From: an uncultured virus (IMG/VR IMGVR_UViG_3300050026_000393)
Lineage: Duplodnaviria > Heunggongvirae > Uroviricota > Caudoviricetes
Length of the DNA stretch: 64,000 nt
Virus record (IMG/VR): IMGVR_UViG_3300050026_000393
Direction: 5' to 3' (one strand)
Both the position numbers and the translations under genes were made by a program. How positions within the stretch are numbered: position 1 is the first letter of the stretch; every line of letters begins with the position of its first letter. Positions 45,701 to 54,152 of this stretch are shown piece by piece. The notes under the pieces were generated by a model, which saw only the letters and a list, made by a program, of their open reading frames with translations, did not search any database and was not told the DNA's origin.

Positions 45701-48429
45701 AACGTCCTTACGATAAGCCGGCCACTCTAAGAATTCAGATGACTAACTTGAGTAATTTACTTAATCCAAAGTTATTTGACGGATCCCTGGCAGGAGCTTG
45801 GGATCGCACTTTAGACAAGTATGCCTCACTAGAAGCGACTTCAAGTGATAGGGGTGCTGTTGCAGGCGGTGGAGGCTCTGTCATGGTAACTGCTGAAAAA
45901 AAACCATTCGGGGCACCTAATCAGATTAATCAGGCCGTTTTTGGTTCAGATAATATTGAGGGACCGCGTGGTGGAGATATGAATTATCGTCGAGTTCCCC
46001 TACAATACTTCCCGCTGCAAACAGGAACTAAAATACAATTAAGAATAGGAAATACAAATGACCCTGATAAACTCTTTCCGGTTTTTTGTGGGGAAGTTAC
46101 TGAGTTAGAAGAGGGCGAGATAATAACCATAGTTGCCCAAAGTTACCTTCTTGAGTTAACAAATCAATTGGGTGATCAGGCTAAAACAGACTCGTGGTTT
46201 CATGTGGGATCGGTAATAATTAACGGAGTAAAAAGTATTGCTCCTTTTAATGTTTTAGGAAATATCTCAAAGGGGCCAGCTTATGGGGGAATTACTATTT
46301 GGGGCGATTCTGCTGATACAGGAACAATTATCTCCAATATGTTGAAATCTTCAAGTGCCAAACATTTCGGTCACTGGCAAGTAAATCAACAACCTAATGG
46401 GTTGCTAAAAGGTTTTACATGGAAAGAATTGGCATTAAAAGCAGTAGGAGCTGTATCAGGAAGCGATGCCGTCTCTAACTTAACTGCTTATGATAGAACT
46501 GATGAGAACATTTGTATAAATGAGTCAACGATGTATGACGGATCTTCTACAGATTACAAAGATGCACATAAATATGCTGACCAGGGATTTTGGTTTCGCG
46601 CTTTTGCCTACAATGTAGACTCATCAACCACATGGTCTTCTTGGGATTTAATTCAGGATGTCTCTAGAAGATATCCTGAATATCTATTACTTGAGAAGTG
46701 GTATGGTTTTCCTTATTCATGTAATGCTACTTTAGTTTATGGTCATCCTTTTGACTGGTATTGGGCACGACAGACTTTAATTGGTGACCAAGAAGCAGAA
46801 AAGGTTGCTCTTTCGAATCCCGATTTTTATCAACAATGGTGGAATGCAAAAGGAAAGAGCGAGGTAACCCAACTCTTTACCGCAGATAACATAGTAGGAC
46901 CTCCCGTACTTAAAAACCCCGACTTTTATGAAATGTGGGGACCTAAGGGAAAGGTTATGGCAGGTCTGGTTCAAACAGCTTCAACAGGGTATTCTGGGTT
47001 ATGTTCTGCTCTAAACACCTTCTTAGGTTATTCTGGAGTAAATCCATCGGGAGGAACCCTTGACAGTATAACTTCGGCGATAGTTTCACTATTATCTACG
47101 CCGATTGTGCCTTTTGGGAAAAGATATGCCGATAATTTAAAAAATCTGCAAAAATCAGTAGATGCGATAAAAAAGGACCTGAAAGCTTTTGTAGATGCCA
47201 AAACAAATCCTAACGGAATTGTTGTTAGTTCAGAGTTATTAAAACCTATACGTAGATACCACTTTATAGATCACCAATCTATTATACATAATGAGATAAC
47301 TATTAATGATAAGATTTATAATCAGGTAAAAATAGGAGACGGACTAACTGGAAATTCGGGTGGGAAAATATATTCTATCGCTGCAAATGGAAATCTACCT
47401 GCTTGTCATATACGAAGTTTAGATGTTACTGAGAGAATAAATAATCCAAAACAGAATGTGATAGATCAGACTATTGAGGCGCCCGGTACTGATGGAAGAT
47501 ATGGGTTAATAATGGCCTATGCACAAAGTTTTCTTCGTGAAGAAGTGGGAAAGATGTATAGAGGCGAACTTCTTTTACGCGGAATTCCTGAGATAGAACC
47601 TATGGATGTTCTTTTACTTATGGATATTCCCGGCGCCTTATTAGGACCTGTTGAGGTAGAAAAAGTTACTCATATTTTTAACCAAGAAATGGGATTTGTA
47701 ACGATAATAAAACCAAGGGCATTAACTGTTGTTAATGAAGCAGCAACTGCAAACTTCGTCAGAGTTCTTATGCAGACATTCGGAGGTTCTCTTGCTGAGA
47801 TAAACAGATTGACTACCACTGAAAAATCTTTATTTGGGTTACTAGGAACAACAGGAGCAGGGGCAGCAACTGCAGTTTCTGCCCTTACTATATTAAACTC
47901 ACCTAAAATAATTTCAGGGATTGCTTCTAAAATAACGTCTTTTATATCTCCAGGAGCTACTGCAGCAACCCCTGTTGGGAGATCCGTGGTTGGAGAGATC
48001 TTAGGAACTTCCGGGGAGGTGATTGGTACCACAACGGGAGTGGTAGTTGAGGCTGCAGAAGCAGGAACGGCTGTTGTTGCAGGAGCAGTAGAAGGTGCAG
48101 CCGCAGGTCTTACACTTGGAACTTTTGGTGTACCGATTCTAGTTCTTTGTGCTATTGCTGTCATAGGAACGGCAGCTCTTAGTTTTTTTAATGCCTCTAC
48201 AGGAAACAATCCTTTAAGAATTGTACCTTTAATTAAATACGGGCGTCCCTGGATGGGAGGACTGCAAGGTTGGGCTACTAATGACCTTATAGGAGTTGTA
48301 AATAATGAGATTTACCAATTTATGAATGACGAGATATTTCCCTTACTTCAACTTTGGATGGATTATCATCAATATAAGGCTCCTATTGTTAATCAACAAG
48401 GTTTGTCTGAATGGGTTCCTCAATTGTAA
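42742..48429 (+). CDS. Baseplate hub-like protein with lytic transglycosylase (SLT) domain
   Basis: AANKYGVDP..VESSG (E295)..AAGLFQI..DPVQN..AIAAYNMG; hub-like GTKIQLRIG..VFCGEVTE and YRGELLLRG.PEI.P.D. Confidence 0.85.
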   Translation: MSLVFSNASENKTRQGYFRIGLVTLSIPPSDISTSHTINNERIGTLRGANEMFRKTGQARFDVSVTFTAVIDDLADTTTKYHAWEDVRMLLAMFKSAPFTEVESPYLRQVLAGTDPSLGDLQVLSMAMRQLKIDSHPDIVDGLIVTLTLTYFNHKPYSVNFEYKASDGSPTNARGSKPYKDYLTGWIANNLDHCNPLKGDPVPKKWSDQNNGVVSVSYRTYTSINTGQLPSLAAQTSQTTNVVGIQIPTSVVSSAAAAAIAQKGKLAPSVANIVIAAANKYGVDPAIAQALCYVESSGNQTAHAKGSTAAGLFQITAAVQKEYGVTNVYDPVQNANAGVQYIKQQLNVFGSYELAIAAYNMGAGSVKKCNGIPPKGYLVPSSNAPQYVFSILASAMKNYGYTGSANAQVPAPVNVIRPVTTSNAPISSSSNPITNTQGNSEQLLEGIISYMCQNMGYEVDHRMEVGGVGTVFLFKTSTIKVGPYDSPEKGIQEGLYPTQLSVLFVNNLAQIPLSLYQYPTYQHVGPCSSTIQISFISRGFVVGEDDPQHPVLKQLTFMASNLEKQYHDMRGQFRSVASVHRMQAVFIENKVLSLLGIFGLMVDQITTQTIPEASDMVSVQLTGSQYENIFEEIESYKLNGISQQYMQTVSNLVLKSPTLDNLSGDEAKILSPITAYKTSMNSGDETWLSQQLLEVAKSTDNSIFNYTGQETTFSSVGGLSMWAALPPSTTPNYPVAQRRGLQLAQAGTGGWNIVDYLMFKTIYQNYRTMNPGVLSGEGVSGANGEQSTISAKNYISGTETSIAGTKVAQIKQAYIDLFPYFAANNLQLRNAINQVMNSPKYSPQIKAAVPTSNIPGATHGSYAAMKLADPGTGQDVNPGMYFINDQDKYKKIAKDNLKTVLDSIVKSDTDANAATLNGSSQNVNVSTTTSIPGNLDSVMAMTNIPGYDMSEAFPTYKLMFLEDANEGIYYAFDNFYSYASITDIEMERPYDKPATLRIQMTNLSNLLNPKLFDGSLAGAWDRTLDKYASLEATSSDRGAVAGGGGSVMVTAEKKPFGAPNQINQAVFGSDNIEGPRGGDMNYRRVPLQYFPLQTGTKIQLRIGNTNDPDKLFPVFCGEVTELEEGEIITIVAQSYLLELTNQLGDQAKTDSWFHVGSVIINGVKSIAPFNVLGNISKGPAYGGITIWGDSADTGTIISNMLKSSSAKHFGHWQVNQQPNGLLKGFTWKELALKAVGAVSGSDAVSNLTAYDRTDENICINESTMYDGSSTDYKDAHKYADQGFWFRAFAYNVDSSTTWSSWDLIQDVSRRYPEYLLLEKWYGFPYSCNATLVYGHPFDWYWARQTLIGDQEAEKVALSNPDFYQQWWNAKGKSEVTQLFTADNIVGPPVLKNPDFYEMWGPKGKVMAGLVQTASTGYSGLCSALNTFLGYSGVNPSGGTLDSITSAIVSLLSTPIVPFGKRYADNLKNLQKSVDAIKKDLKAFVDAKTNPNGIVVSSELLKPIRRYHFIDHQSIIHNEITINDKIYNQVKIGDGLTGNSGGKIYSIAANGNLPACHIRSLDVTERINNPKQNVIDQTIEAPGTDGRYGLIMAYAQSFLREEVGKMYRGELLLRGIPEIEPMDVLLLMDIPGALLGPVEVEKVTHIFNQEMGFVTIIKPRALTVVNEAATANFVRVLMQTFGGSLAEINRLTTTEKSLFGLLGTTGAGAATAVSALTILNSPKIISGIASKITSFISPGATAATPVGRSVVGEILGTSGEVIGTTTGVVVEAAEAGTAVVAGAVEGAAAGLTLGTFGVPILVLCAIAVIGTAALSFFNASTGNNPLRIVPLIKYGRPWMGGLQGWATNDLIGVVNNEIYQFMNDEIFPLLQLWMDYHQYKAPIVNQQGLSEWVPQL

Positions 48430-48437
48430 ATAAAGAA

Positions 48438-48466
48438 AATAAGAGGTTTGAAAAAAACCTCTTATT
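48438..48466 (+). terminator. 12-bp hairpin, putative terminator
   Basis: aataagaggttt-gaaaa-aaacctcttatt. Confidence 0.65.
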
Positions 48467-48484
48467 AGTCTATACTAGGTAGAT

Positions 48485-49090
48485 ATGAAGACTAATAATA
48501 ATACAACCTCTACAAATCTTGCTCTTGTTTCTCCTTGTTCTACGTGTAAGAATCAACAGGCAACGTCTTCTCCTGGTTTGCCTGTTTGTCCTCGGAGACA
48601 ATGGCAAGCATTGGTTTCAAGCTTACAACAAACTAATGGAGATATTTCAAATATAAGTCATTTAGCATTATATGGAACAGAAGGAACAACTTCTTCAGGA
48701 GACGGTTCGTTAAGAAATCCTGTGTATTCTTCTGATATGCATACAATTATGGTTTGGACGGCGCTATTAAAAGATAATGTTGGCATAGTTGGAAACGATG
48801 GAGTGTTAGTAACTTCAAGTATATTGGAATCTAATTTTAATAATAAATATATAGTATGTAATAGATTACCCTTTGTCCCAAGAGACCAAGAAGCCACTTA
48901 TTTTCAAAAAGGTGCCTTTTCTGAAGGCGATCAAATAGAAGTATCTGATACCTCAGGAGCGCAGTTAGTAATGGGAACTGGGGATTTAGGAACTTCCGTA
49001 TTGACTGCAGGATTTGCTCAGAAAGTCAGTTTCATGTTTAATCATCCGAGATCTCCGGTAAATATGGATGTCTGTCCTTCAGGGATTTAA
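48485..49090 (+). CDS. Hypothetical baseplate-region protein with Cys motif
   Basis: CSTC...CP; 201 aa. Confidence 0.65.
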   Translation: MKTNNNTTSTNLALVSPCSTCKNQQATSSPGLPVCPRRQWQALVSSLQQTNGDISNISHLALYGTEGTTSSGDGSLRNPVYSSDMHTIMVWTALLKDNVGIVGNDGVLVTSSILESNFNNKYIVCNRLPFVPRDQEATYFQKGAFSEGDQIEVSDTSGAQLVMGTGDLGTSVLTAGFAQKVSFMFNHPRSPVNMDVCPSGI

Positions 49091-49117
49091 ATCTCCATTA
49101 TAATTAAGGATTAACCA

Positions 49118-49516
49118 ATGGCATCTTCGTTAGTTTATGATCTTGAGAACCAAGATGGAACTTATCAAAAGAATCCGAAGTCTCTTTTCGCAGGAGATCA
49201 ATATTCTGGCGGCCAACCTCAAGTAATCGTTACTGAGGATGAAATCGTTCTAGCTGCAAATGACACAAACGTAATTAGAGTAGATCCTAAGTATGGTGTT
49301 CTGTTAAGCGGGCAATTAAGTCTAGCTGCTACTCCAGAACAAATATCTTTTGGAGGGGGTTACTGGAAATTCAACCCTCTATTACTTTCGTGTATACCTT
49401 CTACTTCCGCAACTCCGATTCCTGTGTTAATAAAATCTACTCCTGCTCTTTTATCAGGAGCTTCTTCACTTTCAGCAGCAATGGCGTTGGTAACTGCTAA
49501 TAGCGATATAGGCTAG
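49118..49516 (+). CDS. Hypothetical baseplate (spike-like) protein
   Basis: Short beta-strand repeats; precedes gp25-like gene. Confidence 0.5.
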   Translation: MASSLVYDLENQDGTYQKNPKSLFAGDQYSGGQPQVIVTEDEIVLAANDTNVIRVDPKYGVLLSGQLSLAATPEQISFGGGYWKFNPLLLSCIPSTSATPIPVLIKSTPALLSGASSLSAAMALVTANSDIG

Positions 49517-49525
49517 GAAAGACTT

Positions 49526-49888
49526 ATGATCGATTTTGCATGGGGAACTGCAGGCGGATTACTAATTGACAGTACAGGAGATATCTCGTTTTCTTCTTCT
49601 GATTGGGATTGCCTTCGTGACATGGTAATAACCCGTCTAAAAACAACTACGGATGGTTGGAAACTTTATTCAATTGGAGCTAATTTACAATCTCTTATCG
49701 GCGGAAACACCTCTCCAGATAGTTCAGACATTGAATCTCAGATACAACAATTAGTCCAAATCTCACTTACCCAGAATTTCTTACCTTTAGGAAGTTTTAC
49801 AGTAAGCACAATTGCTATGGGAACTATAATTAAAGTGTATGTGTTCATACAAAATATAATGATTGCTTCTTCCACGGTGAATTTATAA
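49526..49888 (+). CDS. Baseplate wedge gp25/GPW-like protein
   Basis: GDIS...LRDMVITRLKT..DGW...IGANLQSLIG. Confidence 0.78.
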   Translation: MIDFAWGTAGGLLIDSTGDISFSSSDWDCLRDMVITRLKTTTDGWKLYSIGANLQSLIGGNTSPDSSDIESQIQQLVQISLTQNFLPLGSFTVSTIAMGTIIKVYVFIQNIMIASSTVNL

Positions 49889-51096
49889 TGATTCAAGCTC
49901 CCACATCTTCAAGTGTATATCAAGCAAATATCCTAACGGGTCTTCAGCAAACTGGGATTTCCAACACATCTCCTGGTGGTAAGGCCAGAGCATTCTGTGA
50001 TGCTGTAGGAGATGTGCTGGGTCTTTCGGAAGCCAATAGTTTTTCTGCTCTAGCTCAAACATTATTACCATATGCTACAAGAAGTAATCTCGATTATATT
50101 GGAGCAGGTTACGGATTGCCTAGATTACAAAGAGTAGATGTTAGTACATCTACTCTTGATGGTAATTTTGAGTTCTATGTATCAAGAGGAACTTTTGGTT
50201 CTATTAACAATGGACAAGATATAATTGTTCCGGCAGGAACTCAGATTTATACAACCCAAGGTTTAACGGGTCCAGTAGTACTAACTACAAGTCCTACGGT
50301 ATGTCCTTCAGCGAATACCCGTGCTACTTTTTCTGTTGTAAGTTTACAAACAGGTTCTGGTGGAAACACTGCTGCCTCTGTTTTTACTAACACTAATTTT
50401 ATTGCTTATACAGACTATCAGTATGGCTCTTTACTCGTAACTAATAATTATGGACTAAGCGGGGGTAGAGATGCCGAAGAGGATGATGATTATCGTTATA
50501 GAATTTCTTTATGGTTACAATCTAATGGGGGGGCGGCCCAGTCAGATATAAGATTAGCAGTGTTAGCAATTCCAGGAGTTGCAAATGTAACTTTTGAAAC
50601 GCAGGCAGGAACGTACCTGTGTTACATTTATGGAACTTCTCCACAACTCTCTACTTCTCTTTTAAAATTAGTGCAAACACAACTAGATGCTACAACAGCA
50701 TATCCTTTGTTTGGAACAGCAATTCAACCAGATCTGGTAGGTATTTCATTAACAACGACGTTATCTTTTGCATCTTCTGTGTCTGCGACTGCTCAACAAA
50801 ATGCTTTGTCAAATGCACAAACGGCAGCATCTAATTATATTAATAATTTAAATTCGGCGCAACAACAAGAATTTGTTATAAATGCACTATCTGATGTTAT
50901 TTTACAATCAGATAGTAATATATTAGATATAGGAAATCCAAATCAACCGCTACTTAGTCTGTATATTTGGAGATCTAGAAGTGATGGTTCAAGATATTCA
51001 AGAAATCTTATTGCAGATTATACTCCACAAGTTGGAGAAAACGTAATAGTTGAAACTTCAATTTCTAACCCTATAAATATTACAATCTCTTCATAA
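49888..51096 (+). CDS. Baseplate J-like protein
   Basis: ATRSNLDYIG..YGLPR, VPAGTQI, GGRDAEEDDDYRYRI, IPGVANV. Confidence 0.9.
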   Translation: MIQAPTSSSVYQANILTGLQQTGISNTSPGGKARAFCDAVGDVLGLSEANSFSALAQTLLPYATRSNLDYIGAGYGLPRLQRVDVSTSTLDGNFEFYVSRGTFGSINNGQDIIVPAGTQIYTTQGLTGPVVLTTSPTVCPSANTRATFSVVSLQTGSGGNTAASVFTNTNFIAYTDYQYGSLLVTNNYGLSGGRDAEEDDDYRYRISLWLQSNGGAAQSDIRLAVLAIPGVANVTFETQAGTYLCYIYGTSPQLSTSLLKLVQTQLDATTAYPLFGTAIQPDLVGISLTTTLSFASSVSATAQQNALSNAQTAASNYINNLNSAQQQEFVINALSDVILQSDSNILDIGNPNQPLLSLYIWRSRSDGSRYSRNLIADYTPQVGENVIVETSISNPINITISS

Positions 51097-51120
51097 TATT
51101 TATTTTACAGGAGAAAACAC

Positions 51121-51294
51121 ATGTTTGAAATCCTTATTGGAATTATTATCGGTATAAGCGCAATTGAACTATCAGACTCTTCTTGGTTTAAAAATCTTTT
51201 TAAAACAGAAGAAAAGGTTATAGTTCAAGCGGTGGATTCAACTTTAAAAACAGAAGTAGAAGTGGTTAAAGAAAAAGTTAGTAAAGAACTTTAA
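51121..51294 (+). CDS. Small N-terminally anchored membrane protein (57 aa)
   Basis: MFEILIGIIIGISAIEL...; AGGAG RBS; not in ORF track. Confidence 0.65.
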   Translation: MFEILIGIIIGISAIELSDSSWFKNLFKTEEKVIVQAVDSTLKTEVEVVKEKVSKEL

Positions 51295-51314
51295 TAACTA
51301 ATACTAGGAATATA

Positions 51315-53144
51315 ATGGAAATTATTTCGACACAAATTGTTCCGTCCGAAGTTACTATTACTCTGGGTGCAACTGTATGCCTTTTTATAGTTAATACTTA
51401 TAGCGACGGAACAACTTGTGCCCTAACAACGGGAATCGGTTGGTATACAAATAGTAGTGCTGTTTCTATAAGTACTTCAGGAGTTATTACTGGAAATTCG
51501 GTCGGAAATGCTACAATCTCAGCAGTTGTTTCAAGTTCTGGGGTTATTTACCAACTTCCCGTGACTGTTACTACATCGTTAGCCTATAACAATACGTCTT
51601 CTTATCGCTCTCATCTAACTCAAACTTTATTAAACTATTTTGATCCACAAGATATAAGGATAAGAGAAGAACCCTACACTATAGATGCCCAATTACTAAA
51701 TCTCGCTGCCATGTCTATAGATGATAAAAACCAAAGAGTAGTTAGAGAATTAGAATCCCGGGTTATAAACAATTGTCCTACACAGGTTGATAATTTCGGT
51801 TGTTATTTTAGCACGCCGCTTTCTAAGAATTACCCGCTTTTACCTGAACAAACTTGTTTAAACACCTGCATAGGAACTTTACCTGAAGGTGGGACTGTTA
51901 TCATTCCTCCTTACGATGATCGACTGCCCACACCAACCTCTTACGGTTTAGATATTGAAAGAACAACCACAGGATTAACCACTCCTATTTTATTTGAAGT
52001 TACAGGATCAGGAGATCCTGTAACTCAAATTTGGAATGTTCAAACTTTAGGATCTTATGCCTTAGCAATTCCTAATAAATTAAGTTTTTGGGCGGAAAAT
52101 GTCGGCGGAAATAATATGTCTGTGGATGTTTTTATACAGGGGTCTGTGTATCCTGCCTCAGTATTTTTAGATCAACAAATCGTTTCTTCTGAAACGTTAA
52201 ATATAATAAATGAAGGTTATATCGAATCAGTTTTAGTATGGCAGGATATTTCCAGTATTGTCGTAAGAGGATTACCTGCAGGGGTCAAACTTAAGTGTTT
52301 TCAGATACCAGTTGGGTTACCAGGAATTCCTGATAAAGACAGGCCATATACCAATTCTACTTATAGAGATGATTTTTTTGACAGATATTGGGTAGTAGAT
52401 CGTGAAAGAAGTCTGCTAAAAGAAATGTATATGATGGATAATTTTAGCACTTTAGAATATATACAGTCTTATGCTATTCCTTATAACTTTTCTTCCTTTG
52501 CACCAGAACCTAATACCTGGGGAGGAGTTGGTAGTTTTGGTACAAATCTTATTTACGTAGATAGACGAGAACCTCTTCCTTCTAACCTTAACTCTACAGC
52601 AATAACATCAAGTCCTATGTACGGACTTGATGTTTATTATGATATACTTGAGAGTCGGGGTCTTAATAGGAGTGTGGTTTTGATTCCAAAGCCCTACGGA
52701 AATTCAGAGAATATGTTAAGATGGCGCTATATAAGAAAAGATCCTGCAGGAAACGTGCTAATAATCAATCCAGAGGGAACAACTGTTTCTTATACAGGAA
52801 ATGCCGGTTGGCAAGAAGGTAACCTCCCTAATACTTTAAGAAACGAACTATCCTTAATGGGAACATATGTTTTTACTTTAGAATGTTTTGGTTCTGACGG
52901 GACAATATCAGAAGCCAGTTTTCCGTATCCAAACCTACAGTTACCTTTAGAACGTGTTTTTAACCTAAGCAATATAACAGCTAATATTATTAGAGCTGTA
53001 TTTTTTGATCACAGTAAACAGTTGTGGGTTTGGGATGGATTAAATATAATTCCTATCCGTCCCATATATAACTACTACCTGTTGGATATAGATAATAAAA
53101 CATTGTACTTTACAAATCAATATACCGAAGTAGTTTATTCGTAG
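51315..53144 (+). CDS. Baseplate protein with N-terminal Big_2-type Ig domain
   Basis: VPSEVTITLG...TYSDGT...W.TNS..VSISTSGVITG..VGNATISA. Confidence 0.7.
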   Translation: MEIISTQIVPSEVTITLGATVCLFIVNTYSDGTTCALTTGIGWYTNSSAVSISTSGVITGNSVGNATISAVVSSSGVIYQLPVTVTTSLAYNNTSSYRSHLTQTLLNYFDPQDIRIREEPYTIDAQLLNLAAMSIDDKNQRVVRELESRVINNCPTQVDNFGCYFSTPLSKNYPLLPEQTCLNTCIGTLPEGGTVIIPPYDDRLPTPTSYGLDIERTTTGLTTPILFEVTGSGDPVTQIWNVQTLGSYALAIPNKLSFWAENVGGNNMSVDVFIQGSVYPASVFLDQQIVSSETLNIINEGYIESVLVWQDISSIVVRGLPAGVKLKCFQIPVGLPGIPDKDRPYTNSTYRDDFFDRYWVVDRERSLLKEMYMMDNFSTLEYIQSYAIPYNFSSFAPEPNTWGGVGSFGTNLIYVDRREPLPSNLNSTAITSSPMYGLDVYYDILESRGLNRSVVLIPKPYGNSENMLRWRYIRKDPAGNVLIINPEGTTVSYTGNAGWQEGNLPNTLRNELSLMGTYVFTLECFGSDGTISEASFPYPNLQLPLERVFNLSNITANIIRAVFFDHSKQLWVWDGLNIIPIRPIYNYYLLDIDNKTLYFTNQYTEVVYS

Positions 53145-53156
53145 AAAGAGTTATTT

Positions 53157-54152
53157 ATGCTTTTATTTATGGACGGATTTGACAGTTATACAACAGTTCT
53201 AGATAAATGGGACAGTTCTTATGGATTTTCCACCTCAAATGCAGCTTCAAGAAATAGTACAGGATCAGGCGCCGCTATTAGGAATGCGCTGGATCATACC
53301 AGTTTTTGTCTTAAAAATCTTGGTTCTGATAATTCTACCGTAATTATAGGTGCGGCAGTATACCCTGAAACGAATTATCCTAGTACACCTGTATTTACGG
53401 TTCGAGATAATGGGACTCTTCAGGAAACAGTGTCCTATACTTATCCAGGAGGTTTTGTGTCTATAGGATCTCAGGTTTCAACTGTAGGAGTGCCCACTAA
53501 TGCCTGGAGTTATTTAGAAGCAGAATTTGTATTTGGGGGCGCAGGAACGGGCACAGTCGTTGTTAGATTAAACAATATACCTATCTTAAGTGTGTCAGGA
53601 CTTTCTATGGGAGTTTCTGGCAGATACTCGGCAAATCAAATAGAGTTAGGCCCGCTGGGCAATTACGATGATGTCTACGTTTGTAATGCTACAGGAACTT
53701 CTAATAATAGTTTTTTAGGAGATGTACACGTGTCAACTCAGTTACCCACAGGAGCCGGAACATATACTCAATTAACTCCTGTAGGAGAATCTAATAACTG
53801 GCAGGCTGTTTCACAAAATCCGCCAACCTATGAAGCGACATCTTCAGATACTATTTATGTAACAGGAATGACTGTAGGCAGTATAGATACTTATCAATTA
53901 AGTACCTTACCTGTAGTAGGAACTGTCCTTGGTGTCCAAGTTTCTTCATATATAAAGAAACAGACCTCAGGCACCTGTTTGGTAGACAATGTGGTTCTTT
54001 CTGGAGGAACGGAAACAGATTGTGGGTCTTTTTCTCCGGGGACAAATTATAGGTTTAATAGTGATATTTTTGACAACAACCCGACAACTTCGGCTCCCTG
54101 GACCTATTCTGATATAAATACTTTACAAATTGGGGTTAAGATTGCAGGATAA
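53157..54152 (+). CDS. Virion protein with lectin/LamG-like beta-sandwich
   Basis: LLFMDGFD, NAWSYLE, VVVRLN, YDDVYV.N.TG..NNSFLG. Confidence 0.6.
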   Translation: MLLFMDGFDSYTTVLDKWDSSYGFSTSNAASRNSTGSGAAIRNALDHTSFCLKNLGSDNSTVIIGAAVYPETNYPSTPVFTVRDNGTLQETVSYTYPGGFVSIGSQVSTVGVPTNAWSYLEAEFVFGGAGTGTVVVRLNNIPILSVSGLSMGVSGRYSANQIELGPLGNYDDVYVCNATGTSNNSFLGDVHVSTQLPTGAGTYTQLTPVGESNNWQAVSQNPPTYEATSSDTIYVTGMTVGSIDTYQLSTLPVVGTVLGVQVSSYIKKQTSGTCLVDNVVLSGGTETDCGSFSPGTNYRFNSDIFDNNPTTSAPWTYSDINTLQIGVKIAG

